The notes beneath the pieces are model-generated. The model saw only the letters and a program-made list of their open reading frames with translations. It was not told where the DNA came from and made no database searches. Below, piece after piece: positions 23,120 through 32,060 of a stretch of DNA of 32,183 nt (position 1 is its first letter; each line of letters opens with the position of its first letter). Both the position numbers and the translations under genes were made by a program. This DNA is from a virus, in IMG/VR virus record IMGVR_UViG_3300017752_000078; one strand, 5' to 3'.

Positions 23120-24910
23120 TTAGATCGTGTCTGTCTTTATAATCCTATAATAGTTGCCACAGGTCAATAGAGCAACACCAGTGCCCATAGGCGTGATTGA
23201 TATGTTGCCTTCTGGCACCGTGCCAAGATTGACTGAATTGGCGTGCCTCGTGAATGTGGGTTGATCACTGGTCTGGTGATTGACTTCAAACACACTGATG
23301 TAGGCGGTTGTTGATTTACGCCACACCACCGCGAAGTAGTCTCCACTCAGTTGTGCCATCTTGATTGAATCTGGTTCGTATGCGGTGTTGGTTGAATCAC
23401 TGCTGTTGGTGTCTGAAACAGTGACCGCTATGTCGCTGATGCCCGTGTCAGTGGTTTTGAAATTAGACTGATCGTTATACCATACCATCCTGTCCTCAAC
23501 CAAGGTCTTGTCTGACGCACCATTGGTGTTGTAGGTTTGGGAGGTTAGTGGATTTGGGTTGCCAGTCATCCCATAGATGTATGGCACGCCCACTTGATCA
23601 GTGGCACCCGTCACATCACCATACAGTGCTATGATGCTGTCCTGTATCTTGATCATCTGTAGTTTGTTGTTCTGCTCAACGGCCCTATTCACGTCATCTG
23701 GCTTGTTCAACAGCAGATTGACACCGTAGTTGGCGTCCGTGTTGTTGGAACCTTCCCAACTGGCCATATTGCCCCACCAAAAACCATAGTAAGGATACTG
23801 GTCAGTGGCTATGCCTTTGGTGGCCGCTCCCCAGTCCTCAAAGAACCAAACCGTGTTGTGCTTAATGGCGTTGGCTGAGAGTGAGTTTAGATTGTCACCT
23901 CTCCTTGACACGTCGCTGGCCAGGGTGTATCTCCTGAAAGGCACCGTGTCAGTGTTGTAATTAAGTGTGGGTGATGTGTCATCAATCAAGAAGTCAAAGT
24001 GTGCCCCATACCTGCCGTTGGCACCAACGTTGGCCCCGTTGTGAGACAATTGTGATGTTGGACTCATCCAGTTGTTCCTGCCCACCACGTATTGGTCTTC
24101 GTATGTGTATTGTGCCTGACCGCTACCTGAATAGGAATCGTTGGTGTCCAAGAATAGTTCAAGTGCTGAACTGGGACTGCTTATGAGAGCATTGATGTCA
24201 TCCGCCCTCCACACGTTCATCAATGGCACCCTTTCGTAGGTTACTTGGTGACTTGCTCTCATTGGTTGTGCGAAGAAGATGTAGTGTGTGTGTGCGTTGG
24301 CTGGCACGGCCAGTTTGCCGTTTCCAGCGTCGCTGGCGTTGGGCCAATTATTTCCGTTGTGTGTGCTGTGATGATGTCCCAATGGTGCCCTGACCACATA
24401 ACTCCATTGCTTGAATGCTTGGTCCGTCTGTATGGCGTCTGTTGAGCCATCGCTGAAGTGGTTGAGATCAGATATCTTGCCTCCATCAGTGACACTGTCT
24501 AAAGATTCCTGGAAAGCAACCAAGCAACCGTTGTCCTCAATGCCCGTGGTCACCACCGTGGTCTGTATCTTGCCCGCGATGTTGATGTCGCCCATCGCGT
24601 ATCCACCGTTTAGGACTATCTGTAATGAGTCAGCGTCTGCCTTGTCAAATTTAACATATCCAAGGTATTGTGTGGTACCCTTGTTGATGGCCAAGAATGA
24701 TCTTGTCTTTGAGTGTGACAGGCTTGATCCCTTGCTGGCTGTCACGTCGTGCGTTGAGTCTAACAATGTGCTGGATTCGTCTTGCCATTGTTGCCAGGCT
24801 GAATCTTCAGTGGCATCATAGGTGCTCCAGTCTAATGTCCTGTTGGTTTCGTCTCCACCACCCAAAGAGCCTCCTGTCTGTATTGCCCTGCCCGCGCCTG
24901 GGAATGTCAT
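23120..24910 (-). CDS. Hypothetical large virion-appendage protein
   Basis: 596 aa, SD TTAAGGAGCAACTATG. It has a His-rich patch (LGHHHSTHNGNNW). No family recognised. Confidence 0.65.
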   Translation of the reverse strand: MTFPGAGRAIQTGGSLGGGDETNRTLDWSTYDATEDSAWQQWQDESSTLLDSTHDVTASKGSSLSHSKTRSFLAINKGTTQYLGYVKFDKADADSLQIVLNGGYAMGDINIAGKIQTTVVTTGIEDNGCLVAFQESLDSVTDGGKISDLNHFSDGSTDAIQTDQAFKQWSYVVRAPLGHHHSTHNGNNWPNASDAGNGKLAVPANAHTHYIFFAQPMRASHQVTYERVPLMNVWRADDINALISSPSSALELFLDTNDSYSGSGQAQYTYEDQYVVGRNNWMSPTSQLSHNGANVGANGRYGAHFDFLIDDTSPTLNYNTDTVPFRRYTLASDVSRRGDNLNSLSANAIKHNTVWFFEDWGAATKGIATDQYPYYGFWWGNMASWEGSNNTDANYGVNLLLNKPDDVNRAVEQNNKLQMIKIQDSIIALYGDVTGATDQVGVPYIYGMTGNPNPLTSQTYNTNGASDKTLVEDRMVWYNDQSNFKTTDTGISDIAVTVSDTNSSDSTNTAYEPDSIKMAQLSGDYFAVVWRKSTTAYISVFEVNHQTSDQPTFTRHANSVNLGTVPEGNISITPMGTGVALLTCGNYYRIIKTDTI

Positions 24911-24919
24911 AGTTGCTCC

Positions 24920-27900
24920 TTAACTGTATGTTGGTCCAAGCGTCCAGTAGAAAGTGTTGCTTGATCCGTTGTATCTTGAAAATATGTAAACCGTCTGTAT
25001 GTCGTTCGCACTACTTACTGAACTTGTGCTTGTGCCATTGGCGAACTTGAATGTCTCGCCGCCCGTGGCAGAGAAAGTCACGCCCCTTGCTCCTGATCCG
25101 TCTTGGACCAGATAGAGTGTGATACCCACTGACTGCTTGGCGTTGGTTGGGAAGTTGCTCATAGTGAATCCTGTGATGTTCGCTCCCAATGTGATCGTCT
25201 GTAGGTTACCGTTGGCCCAGTCTATGGTGTAGGCACCGTTTGAACTGTGTGTGGTGTTGTAAGAGTATTCGTCAAACTTCTCAACAGCACCAATCCTACT
25301 CCTCACTGAATCATCAGTGGTGTATAGGAAATATGGATCGTTGGTGTAAGTGGTGTTTGAGTTACCCTCTGACCTGTCGTGGGCGTAATACAACCCATAA
25401 GAGTTGGTCACCGTCATTGTTGAATTGTTGTATTGGTAGGCCACTGGACCACCAAGGTCTATACCATATGCGTTGGTTATCGTGCCGTTGATGCCATCAA
25501 ACTCCGCTGGTGAGTATATTCTAAGGCCTCTGGCGTTGGTGCTATTGATGGTTTTGTTGGTGCCTGTATAGTCGTAGAAGTAATTGTAGAGTGAACTGGC
25601 TGAACTGTTTCCAAGTGTAGCGGCGTCTGAACTGCTGTTGGTGATGTCATTACCTATATTGCCCGCGATTGGTCCCCTTGAACCACCTGAGTTGGTCACC
25701 GCCGTGCCGTTTAGGTCAATGTCGCCCAGCACATTCAAAGTTCTTAATCGTGCGTTGCTTGAACTGGAGTCCGTGCCATCAAGTTTCAATCTAAGGACTG
25801 CGGTGTTACCATACAGCCTCTTGCTACCCGCCGTGTGTGACAGGTCCTCGTAGTAGAGCATATTTGTGTTGTCAAACCTGTTGGCACTTGTGGAATTGAT
25901 GTTGCTGATGTCACCACCGTTACCTTTTAGAATTACGGCACCTGTGCCTGATGTGCCCAGTTCCATATCCGCGTTGGAACTGGTCGTGCTCATATTGTTG
26001 CCCGTGAAAGTGAAGTCACCCGTTGATGCTGAACCACCACTGCCTGATATCGTTATTGTTTTGGTCGCTCCTGTTCCAGATGCCGTCACACCTGAACCAA
26101 CGAAGTTGATCGTTGTGGCCGCCGTTGACAGTGCTGAACCTTCGTCCTGGACGGTTATGCTACTGCCTCCACCGCCACCTGAGTTGGCATCAACATATGC
26201 TTTGATAGATTGTTGTGTTGCAAGTTGTGTGGCACTATTTGAAGCCATATTGTCTTCGTCAAGTATCGCTGTGCCTGATACACCTGTGTTTAAGACAGGT
26301 GATGTTAAAGTTTTATTTGTCAATGTCTGTGTTGCCGCTGTTCCAACAATCTCTTGATCACCGCCTGCTGGCAATGTCAATGTGTTCGTGACTGAAGCAC
26401 TATGTGGTTGTGCTTTGACTGTCTGTCCGTGTGAGTTGTTCTCACAGTTTAAGACTATCGTGCCTGGATTCGTGTTGCCTTTGACCACGACCTTACCTGT
26501 TCCATTCGCCGCCAATTCAATGTCAGCATTTGAAGTAGTGACAATGTCGTTGCCGTTAAGGTCAAGGTTGCCACCCAGTTGTGGTGATGAGTCTTCTGAA
26601 ACATTGTTAATGGAAACTGCCTGTGCCCTCGCATCCGTGTAGTACAGGTTTGATGAGCCTTCACTTACTGTGTCAGTGTTGCCTTGTGTGTATGTGAGCA
26701 CACCTGTTGAACTGTTGTATGCCAGTTGTGTTGAGTTCTCTGAAATGGCCGCCCTTGCTCTGGCATCCGTGAAATACAGGTTTGATGAACCTTCTGTGAT
26801 CTCATCTGAATTATCTTTCGTGGCTATTTGTGTTGCTATGTAGGCCTTGATTGATTGTTGTGATGCTGTGTTTGTGGCACTATCTGAACTGAAATTGTCT
26901 TCATCCAATATGTTGTTTGCTATTCTGGCATCTGCCCTTGCATTCGTGAAGTAAAGGTTGCTTGATCCTTCACTGACTGTGTCTGTGTCACCCTGTGTGT
27001 ACGTGAGTGCACCAGTTGAACTGTTGTATGATATATTGCCTGATGCTGAAATGCTTGACCTTGCTCTTGCCGTCGTGTGGTAAAGATTAGTTGATCCTTC
27101 ACTGACATCGTCAGTGTCTCCACTCAATTCACCCAATGCGTCTTTGGTCGCCACTTGGGCATCTACATATGCCTTGACAGATTGCTGTGATGGTACGTGG
27201 GTAGCACTATTTGAAGCAAAATTGTCTTCGTCTTTGAGTGCATTCGTTATTCTTGCATCTGCTCTGGCATTTGTGAAATATAGATTCGTTGAACCTTCTG
27301 TTATCTCGTCTGAATTATCTTTTGTGGCTATCTGTGCATCAACATATGTCTTGATTGCTTTAGCAGAAGCGATTGTGTCGTCTGAACCACTAACACTTGA
27401 TATGTCTGTGTCTAAAACACCTGACTTCAGGTCTGCGACATCAATGTTTGAAATGCTGTTTCCTGTGCCTTCAACATCAAATGTTTTGTTTGTCAATGTT
27501 GTTGTTGAACTGCCAGTTATGAAAGAACTTAGATCAGGTCCTGTTATGGTGACCGTGTCACCTGACACTGCTGTGGTTATGTTCGTGCCACCTGCTATCT
27601 TGATGTTGTCATTGTCCTTGGCACTGAACGTGACACCAGATGAATCATCTCCAACGACCGTGATGTTTGAATCTGTTAGGAAACCTGCACCATTTGTCAG
27701 TTGGTTGTTGTTGCTTGGTATCGTTGGTGTGCCAGAAAGGTCTGAATAAGCACCTGATGTGGCCACTGTGTTCAAACCTAAGTTTGTCGCGGCATTTGTT
27801 TTCTGTGTGGAAGTCAATCCTTGGTTGTTGACATCTATCCTTAATCTGTTGCCCAATGCTGAACTTGTTGTTGTGGCGAAGTTGGCGTCATCTCCCAATG

Positions 27901-29446
27901 CTGATGCCAATTCATTCAATGTGTTCAAGGCACTTGGTGCTGAATCCACAACGCCTGCCACCTCTGCGTCAACGTATGCTTTCACTGACTGCTGTGATGG
28001 AACCTGTGTCGCTGAATTTGAAGACATATTGTCTTCATCTACGATGGCATTTGATACCCTGGCATCTGCCCTGGCGTTTGTGAAATATAAATTGCTTGAT
28101 CCTTCACTTACCGTGTCTGTGTCACCCTGTGTGTATGTGAGTGCACCTGTTGAACTGTTATAACCTATGCTACCTGAAGCACTTATGGCAGATCTTGCCC
28201 TTGCTGTTGTGTGGTAAAGGTTAGTTGAACCTTCACTGACATCGTCAGTGTCTCCACTCAATTCACTCAATGCGTCTTTGGTCGCCACTTGTGCATCAAC
28301 ATAAGTTTTGATTGCTTTGGCACTTGCTATGGTGTCGTCTGAACCACTAACACTTGAGATGTCTGTGTCCAATACACCTGATTTGAGATCAGCAACATCT
28401 ATGTTTGAAATACTGTTGCCTGTTGCTTCTACGTCAAAAGTTTTGTTTGTCAATGTCAATGTGTCTGATGCTATCGCGGCATCTTGGGCATCAACATATG
28501 CTTTGACTGACTGCTGTGATGGTGGTCTTGATGCTGAATCTGTAGAGAAGTTGTCTTCATCTATCAAACTCAAATCACCTGCGTCAACATATGCCTTGAC
28601 TGACTGTTGTGATGGTACGTGGGTCGCACTGTCACTGGCCATATTGTCTTCATCTTTGATTGCGTTCGTGATTCTGGCGTCTGCCCTGGCATTAGTGAAA
28701 TATAAATTCGTAGATCCTTCACTTACATCATCAGTGTCACCTGATAGTTCGCCCAAAGCGTCTTTGGTAGCCACTTGGCTGTCAACATATGCTTTGACTG
28801 ATTGCTGTGATGGTATTTTAGTGGCACTGTCTGATGCCATATTGTCTTCGTCAAGCAACGCATTGGTTATCCTTGCGTCCGCTCTTGCATTTGTGAAATA
28901 TAGATTAGAAGAACCTTCAGTTATCTCGTCTGTGTTGTCTTTGCCAGCCACCTGTGCGTCAACGTATGTCTTGATCGCCTTGGCTGAAGCCAATGTGGTG
29001 TCAGTGCCTGCCACTGAACTGATGTCTGTGTCTAAAACACCTGATTTAAGATTGTCTACTTCTATGTTTGAAACTGTGTTGTTGTCAGCGTCTATGGTCT
29101 TGTTTGTTAGTGTGGTAGAACTTGAGGCTGTAAGGTATGTTGATAGATCAGGACCAGTTAGGGTCAGTGTGTCACCACTTACTGCCGCCGTGATATTCTG
29201 TGTACCTGCTATCTTGAATGTCTCGTTTTGGCTTACCGTTGTGCCCGTTGAATCATCACCAACGAAAGTTATGCCCGCCGTGTCGCCTTCTGATGCATAG
29301 CCAAGGCTCTGCCAGTTGCTTGAACCTGTTCCTATCTTGAATCTATTTGTGTCTGATTCCCAACCAAACTCACCTGCGGCCAACGTTGGGTTGTTTGAAG
29401 TCCAATTTGATGCCGTGTCTCTTCTTAATTGTATCTGTGTAGCCAT
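24920..29446 (-). CDS. Giant repeat-built tail fibre protein
   Basis: 1508 aa. The N-terminus IQLRRDTASNWTSNNPTLAAGEFGWESDTNRFKIGTG is the classic fibre/hyaluronidase-type N-terminal motif. It also has SAPSALNTLNELASALGDDANFAT, many EGSSNLYFT and DEDNMASDSAT..SQQSVKAYVD repeats, and a C-terminal tip domain related to that of 22243..23091. Confidence 0.9.
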   Translation of the reverse strand: MATQIQLRRDTASNWTSNNPTLAAGEFGWESDTNRFKIGTGSSNWQSLGYASEGDTAGITFVGDDSTGTTVSQNETFKIAGTQNITAAVSGDTLTLTGPDLSTYLTASSSTTLTNKTIDADNNTVSNIEVDNLKSGVLDTDISSVAGTDTTLASAKAIKTYVDAQVAGKDNTDEITEGSSNLYFTNARADARITNALLDEDNMASDSATKIPSQQSVKAYVDSQVATKDALGELSGDTDDVSEGSTNLYFTNARADARITNAIKDEDNMASDSATHVPSQQSVKAYVDAGDLSLIDEDNFSTDSASRPPSQQSVKAYVDAQDAAIASDTLTLTNKTFDVEATGNSISNIDVADLKSGVLDTDISSVSGSDDTIASAKAIKTYVDAQVATKDALSELSGDTDDVSEGSTNLYHTTARARSAISASGSIGYNSSTGALTYTQGDTDTVSEGSSNLYFTNARADARVSNAIVDEDNMSSNSATQVPSQQSVKAYVDAEVAGVVDSAPSALNTLNELASALGDDANFATTTSSALGNRLRIDVNNQGLTSTQKTNAATNLGLNTVATSGAYSDLSGTPTIPSNNNQLTNGAGFLTDSNITVVGDDSSGVTFSAKDNDNIKIAGGTNITTAVSGDTVTITGPDLSSFITGSSTTTLTNKTFDVEGTGNSISNIDVADLKSGVLDTDISSVSGSDDTIASAKAIKTYVDAQIATKDNSDEITEGSTNLYFTNARADARITNALKDEDNFASNSATHVPSQQSVKAYVDAQVATKDALGELSGDTDDVSEGSTNLYHTTARARSSISASGNISYNSSTGALTYTQGDTDTVSEGSSNLYFTNARADARIANNILDEDNFSSDSATNTASQQSIKAYIATQIATKDNSDEITEGSSNLYFTDARARAAISENSTQLAYNSSTGVLTYTQGNTDTVSEGSSNLYYTDARAQAVSINNVSEDSSPQLGGNLDLNGNDIVTTSNADIELAANGTGKVVVKGNTNPGTIVLNCENNSHGQTVKAQPHSASVTNTLTLPAGGDQEIVGTAATQTLTNKTLTSPVLNTGVSGTAILDEDNMASNSATQLATQQSIKAYVDANSGGGGGSSITVQDEGSALSTAATTINFVGSGVTASGTGATKTITISGSGGSASTGDFTFTGNNMSTTSSNADMELGTSGTGAVILKGNGGDISNINSTSANRFDNTNMLYYEDLSHTAGSKRLYGNTAVLRLKLDGTDSSSSNARLRTLNVLGDIDLNGTAVTNSGGSRGPIAGNIGNDITNSSSDAATLGNSSASSLYNYFYDYTGTNKTINSTNARGLRIYSPAEFDGINGTITNAYGIDLGGPVAYQYNNSTMTVTNSYGLYYAHDRSEGNSNTTYTNDPYFLYTTDDSVRSRIGAVEKFDEYSYNTTHSSNGAYTIDWANGNLQTITLGANITGFTMSNFPTNAKQSVGITLYLVQDGSGARGVTFSATGGETFKFANGTSTSSVSSANDIQTVYIFSRYNGSSNTFYWTLGPTYS
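26612..29266. repeat. Intragenic nested segmental duplications in the giant fibre gene
   Basis: aa 161-250 and aa 701-790 align almost identically at an offset of exactly 540 aa (1620 nt). Motif counts: 9 copies of (S/T)EGS(S/T)NLY(F/H/Y)T, 7 of DEDN(M/F), 7 of QQS(V/I)KAY and 3 of SAKAIKTYVDAQ. Confidence 0.85.
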
Positions 29447-29925
29447 TATGCTGATGTTCCTCCGTTGATGGCACTGGTTCCACCATAAGATGAATTGGCC
29501 GTGCCGCCGTCAATATTTATTGCGTTGTTGATGGTGCTGGCATCAACCGTCAGTGTGCCGTCAGTCGTACCTATGGTGATGCCACCAGCACCCGCCACTG
29601 GTAAGATGTTGCCATCTGACACCGCGATCTGTGAACTGTCTGGTGCCTGGAAAGTTATGCCCTGTGCCTGACTTGTGCCTTCAATGGTCAAGGTTGAACC
29701 TGACACTGAAGTTTGTATTCCCGTGCCACCTGCTATGGTCATCGTGTCACCCTGTGTGACGTCCTTTGACCCTGTGTCCGCCGCGATGGCGTGTGTTGAA
29801 TCACGAAGATTTATAAGAGTTGAGTCAATGTCTTCAAACGTCAGTGGTGCGTTCTTGTTGAGGTTCTCTGTTGATATAGAACTTGTAGATTGTCCCCTTG
29901 TGACAATAGCGGCCTTAGTTGGCAT
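29446..29925 (-). CDS. Fibre-like protein (paralogue of 29963..30637 at the N-terminus)
   Basis: 159 aa, SD AAGGAGAT. The N-terminal motif LTFEDIDSTLINLRD parallels LTNEELDSNFINLRD in the neighbouring gene. It contains an IAGGTGIQTSVSGSTLTIEG module. Confidence 0.7.
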   Translation of the reverse strand: MPTKAAIVTRGQSTSSISTENLNKNAPLTFEDIDSTLINLRDSTHAIAADTGSKDVTQGDTMTIAGGTGIQTSVSGSTLTIEGTSQAQGITFQAPDSSQIAVSDGNILPVAGAGGITIGTTDGTLTVDASTINNAINIDGGTANSSYGGTSAINGGTSA

Positions 29926-29962
29926 CCAGGATCTCCTTTGTAATTACAGAGATATTTATTTG

Positions 29963-30637
29963 TTATACAGTAGAGTTGTCGTGAACATATCGCCAATCAC
30001 TGCCATCCCAGTAGGCTGGCTTGTATCCGCTGGATGATATAGATATCAACATACCTGTCGTGTAAGTCGTTGGCAAATAACTTGAATTGTAAGGTGCCAA
30101 TCTAATTTCACATCCTTGGTGGTTGCCATCAAGGTTGATTGTGAATGGCTTTATGGCTGTTGACTGCTGTGCACCAGAACCATAAACTGCGAACACACCG
30201 TCCAAACTGCCTTGGTGATTGAAATCAAGATTATCGCTTTGGCCAAATCTTGCTATGTTTCCAATGTCAGTGCCTGTGGAACCAGCGGTGCTGATCTGCA
30301 CAGGATCATTGAAGTTTATTGTTGAACCGCTTGAACTTATTGTGTCACCTGATCCTGAGATGTTGCCCATTCCACTTGCACCACCACCACCAAGGTTTGA
30401 AACCGTGATGTCGCCGTTGGCATCTGCTGTTATGGTGCCACCTGAGAAATTGATCTGTGTGTCCGCGGTTATGGTGTGCTGTGTTGAGTCATCCGCCCGT
30501 AGCCTCCAACCCTGATCCCTGAGGTTTATGAAGTTTGAATCCAACTCCTCGTTGGTTAGTCCTGAACCTTTTGGTATTGAATCTGCTGTGACTGTGGAAC
30601 TTGTTGCTGATCTCGTGACCAGTTTGGCTTTTGGCAT
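29963..30637 (-). CDS. Fibre-like protein
   Basis: 224 aa. Its N-terminus (KGSGLTNEELDSNFINLRD) is a motif I recall from marine-phage fibre proteins. The C-terminus reads ...AYWDGSDWRYV. Confidence 0.7.
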   Translation of the reverse strand: MPKAKLVTRSATSSTVTADSIPKGSGLTNEELDSNFINLRDQGWRLRADDSTQHTITADTQINFSGGTITADANGDITVSNLGGGGASGMGNISGSGDTISSSGSTINFNDPVQISTAGSTGTDIGNIARFGQSDNLDFNHQGSLDGVFAVYGSGAQQSTAIKPFTINLDGNHQGCEIRLAPYNSSYLPTTYTTGMLISISSSGYKPAYWDGSDWRYVHDNSTV

Positions 30638-30656
30638 TGGCTATTCTCCGTTTTTG

Positions 30657-31040
30657 TTATTTACTCCAATCAAACAGTCGCCTGTCTGGTGAGTCTTCCT
30701 CCCTGATCCTCAACCTGATGGCCTCCTTGACCAACATCATCATCTTCCAGATGTGGTAGTTGTTGCCGCCAGTCTTGTACTTGTCTGATTTCTGCCTCAC
30801 ATAGAACGGTTCCCTGTCCTGCACCTCTTCCAACCACGACTCCCAGTCAGTGCTGGTGTAGTCTGGATGTTGTTCCGCCCAGTATATCAGGTAGAACAGG
30901 CTCTCAACGGTCATTGAGTCCACCTGTCGCCAGATCCACTTGTCATCCCGCACACTCTTGCCGTACAGTTTGTCGTGTTCCGCGAATCTGTCAAAGATGT
31001 CAGCCACCTGCTCCTGTGCTGGTGTGTAATTACTGCTCAT
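30657..31040 (-). CDS. Hypothetical early protein (Trp-rich, acidic)
   Basis: 127 aa. It overlaps the upstream stop by 11 nt, with an SD-like GAGGAAG. Confidence 0.6.
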   Translation of the reverse strand: MSSNYTPAQEQVADIFDRFAEHDKLYGKSVRDDKWIWRQVDSMTVESLFYLIYWAEQHPDYTSTDWESWLEEVQDREPFYVRQKSDKYKTGGNNYHIWKMMMLVKEAIRLRIREEDSPDRRLFDWSK

Positions 31041-31503
31041 TTCTCTTCTTCCTCTTGATGTAGTTGCCCTTGGCGTCCTTGGGTCTGGTCCTACGCATCG
31101 CCTTGTCCCTCTGCATCAGCGTGACATTGGCCAGGTTCCAACCTTTGAGTGTGTTGATCCTGACGAGATTGATGTGTGTGTCCGTGCCCAGTTCACCAGT
31201 GCCCTTGTGCCCACTGTTCCTGCCCCAGACCCCTTCACACTGTTCAAACAGGGTCACATATTGCTCCCAGGTCAGTGACCAGGGTTGGCACCAGTACTTG
31301 GCCTGTGCCCTGGCCCTAAGGTACCTGTACCTGTGTTGTCTCAGGTGTTCTGGGAACAGCCAACGGTGTGGTTGTGGTCCCATATCCTTGTATCTCTCCC
31401 GCATTATATCGCTCATAGCCTGGCGTCTCTGATCAGTCCAGCCGTTCCTGGGGTCACCTTTCAGTCCCTTGTTCCAGGGTACATTTCCGTTCTTGAATGG
31501 CAT
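31030..31503 (-). CDS. DNA-binding protein with a NUMOD3-like motif and a degenerate HNH-like C-terminal half
   Basis: N-terminal FKNGNVPWNKG is NUMOD3-like. Downstream, WSLTWEQYVTLFEQC....LVRINTLKGWNLANVTLMQR resembles the LT.EEF..L...C.YCG....DRID..KGY...NV layout of small HNH endonucleases, but the Cys/His ligands are absent. SD ACAAGGAGACGCGATG. Confidence 0.6.
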   Translation of the reverse strand: MPFKNGNVPWNKGLKGDPRNGWTDQRRQAMSDIMRERYKDMGPQPHRWLFPEHLRQHRYRYLRARAQAKYWCQPWSLTWEQYVTLFEQCEGVWGRNSGHKGTGELGTDTHINLVRINTLKGWNLANVTLMQRDKAMRRTRPKDAKGNYIKRKKRNEQ

Positions 31504-31531
31504 CGCGTCTCCTTGTTTGTTAATAGTATTT

Positions 31532-31561
31532 ATTATATGCTAAACAAGGTGAGGCTGTCAA
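31532..31561 (-). promoter_or_regulatory. sigma70-type promoter P7 (TTGACA-18-TATAAT)
   Basis: The minus strand reads CCATTGACAGCCTCACCTTGTTTAGCATATAATAAATAC. An 8-bp stem-loop, TTTTTGCG-GAA-CGCAAAAA (31579..31597), precedes it. Confidence 0.6.
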
Positions 31562-31603
31562 TGGTTTTGCGAAGATTTTTTTTGCGTTCCGCAAAAATTT
31601 GCG

Positions 31604-31918
31604 TCAGGCTGGTTGATGGTTGAACTCCTGCTTCTTGAGTGTTCGCTCTTTGACAAGAGTAAAAACCCAACCGTGTTCGTCGTGCCAATGAGGTCCCCAG
31701 GTCTGTTCGTGTAGCACCAAGGATTCAGAGTCATCATCATAGACACCTGTGAGCAAATGACGGACACCTGAATCAAACTGGCGGTGAGCCAGTCCAAGGT
31801 CATCCCTGTGTGGGTCAGCGACGTGGTTGAAGTAGTTGTTTGACCTTGCCATACCATCTTTGTGATAGTAATGATTGATCACATACTTGGTGAATGGTTG
31901 TGGTTTGTGTTTGTTCAT
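31604..31918 (-). CDS. Hypothetical early protein (His-rich)
   Basis: 104 aa, SD TAGGAGAAACTATG. It has a 5' UTR of about 70 nt from P8 and ends in ...HQPA. Confidence 0.6.
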   Translation of the reverse strand: MNKHKPQPFTKYVINHYYHKDGMARSNNYFNHVADPHRDDLGLAHRQFDSGVRHLLTGVYDDDSESLVLHEQTWGPHWHDEHGWVFTLVKERTLKKQEFNHQPA

Positions 31919-31990
31919 AGTTTCTCCTATAGGTTTGGGACGGCAGTATAACTCCTAAGAGCGACCGTAGCCTACCAACCGTCCTCTACA

Positions 31991-32018
31991 ATTATAGCAC
32001 GGAACTGGTTTGTGTCAA
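31991..32018 (-). promoter_or_regulatory. sigma70-type promoter P8 (TTGACA-16-TATAAT, TGC extended -10)
   Basis: The minus strand reads GGGGTTGACACAAACCAGTTCCGTGCTATAATTGTAGAGG. It is the first promoter inside the right repeat copy. Confidence 0.65.
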
Positions 32019-32060
32019 CCCCCTATGATTTGGATATTTTTGTGATCGCACTACGCCACC

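Noticed and set aside
22687-27660. Possible diversity-generating retroelement (template/variable repeat pair) between the similar fibre modules at about 22.7 kb and 27.5 kb
   Set aside because: No reverse transcriptase is present anywhere in the genome. The mismatches between the copies are of mixed types (T/C, G/T, A/G), not adenine-specific. I interpret them as ordinary paralogous modules.
28308-29300. Long plus-strand ORFs, such as 28308..29300 (330 aa), 27114..27749, 8633..9268, 22553..23119, 18864..19412 and 25866..26357
   Set aside because: All lie antisense to long, well-supported minus-strand genes. Their translations are low-complexity Ser/Val/Leu/Pro strings, and they have no SD or promoter context. 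They are shadow ORFs produced by the strong codon and strand bias; the plus strand is T/G-rich.
24920-29446. Regularly spaced repeats that could be mistaken for a CRISPR array or satellite
   Set aside because: The repeats are in frame within one continuous 1508-codon ORF. They are long (about 150-1600 nt) and diverge in a codon-wise manner. There are no short direct repeats with unique spacers and no cas genes.
31579-31597. Stem-loop TTTTTGCG-GAA-CGCAAAAA considered as a terminator for ORF 31604..31918
   Set aside because: On the coding (minus) strand the hairpin is followed by an A-run, not a U-run. The GC core is only 3 bp and the rest of the stem is A-T pairs. I kept it only as the stem-loop preceding promoter P7.
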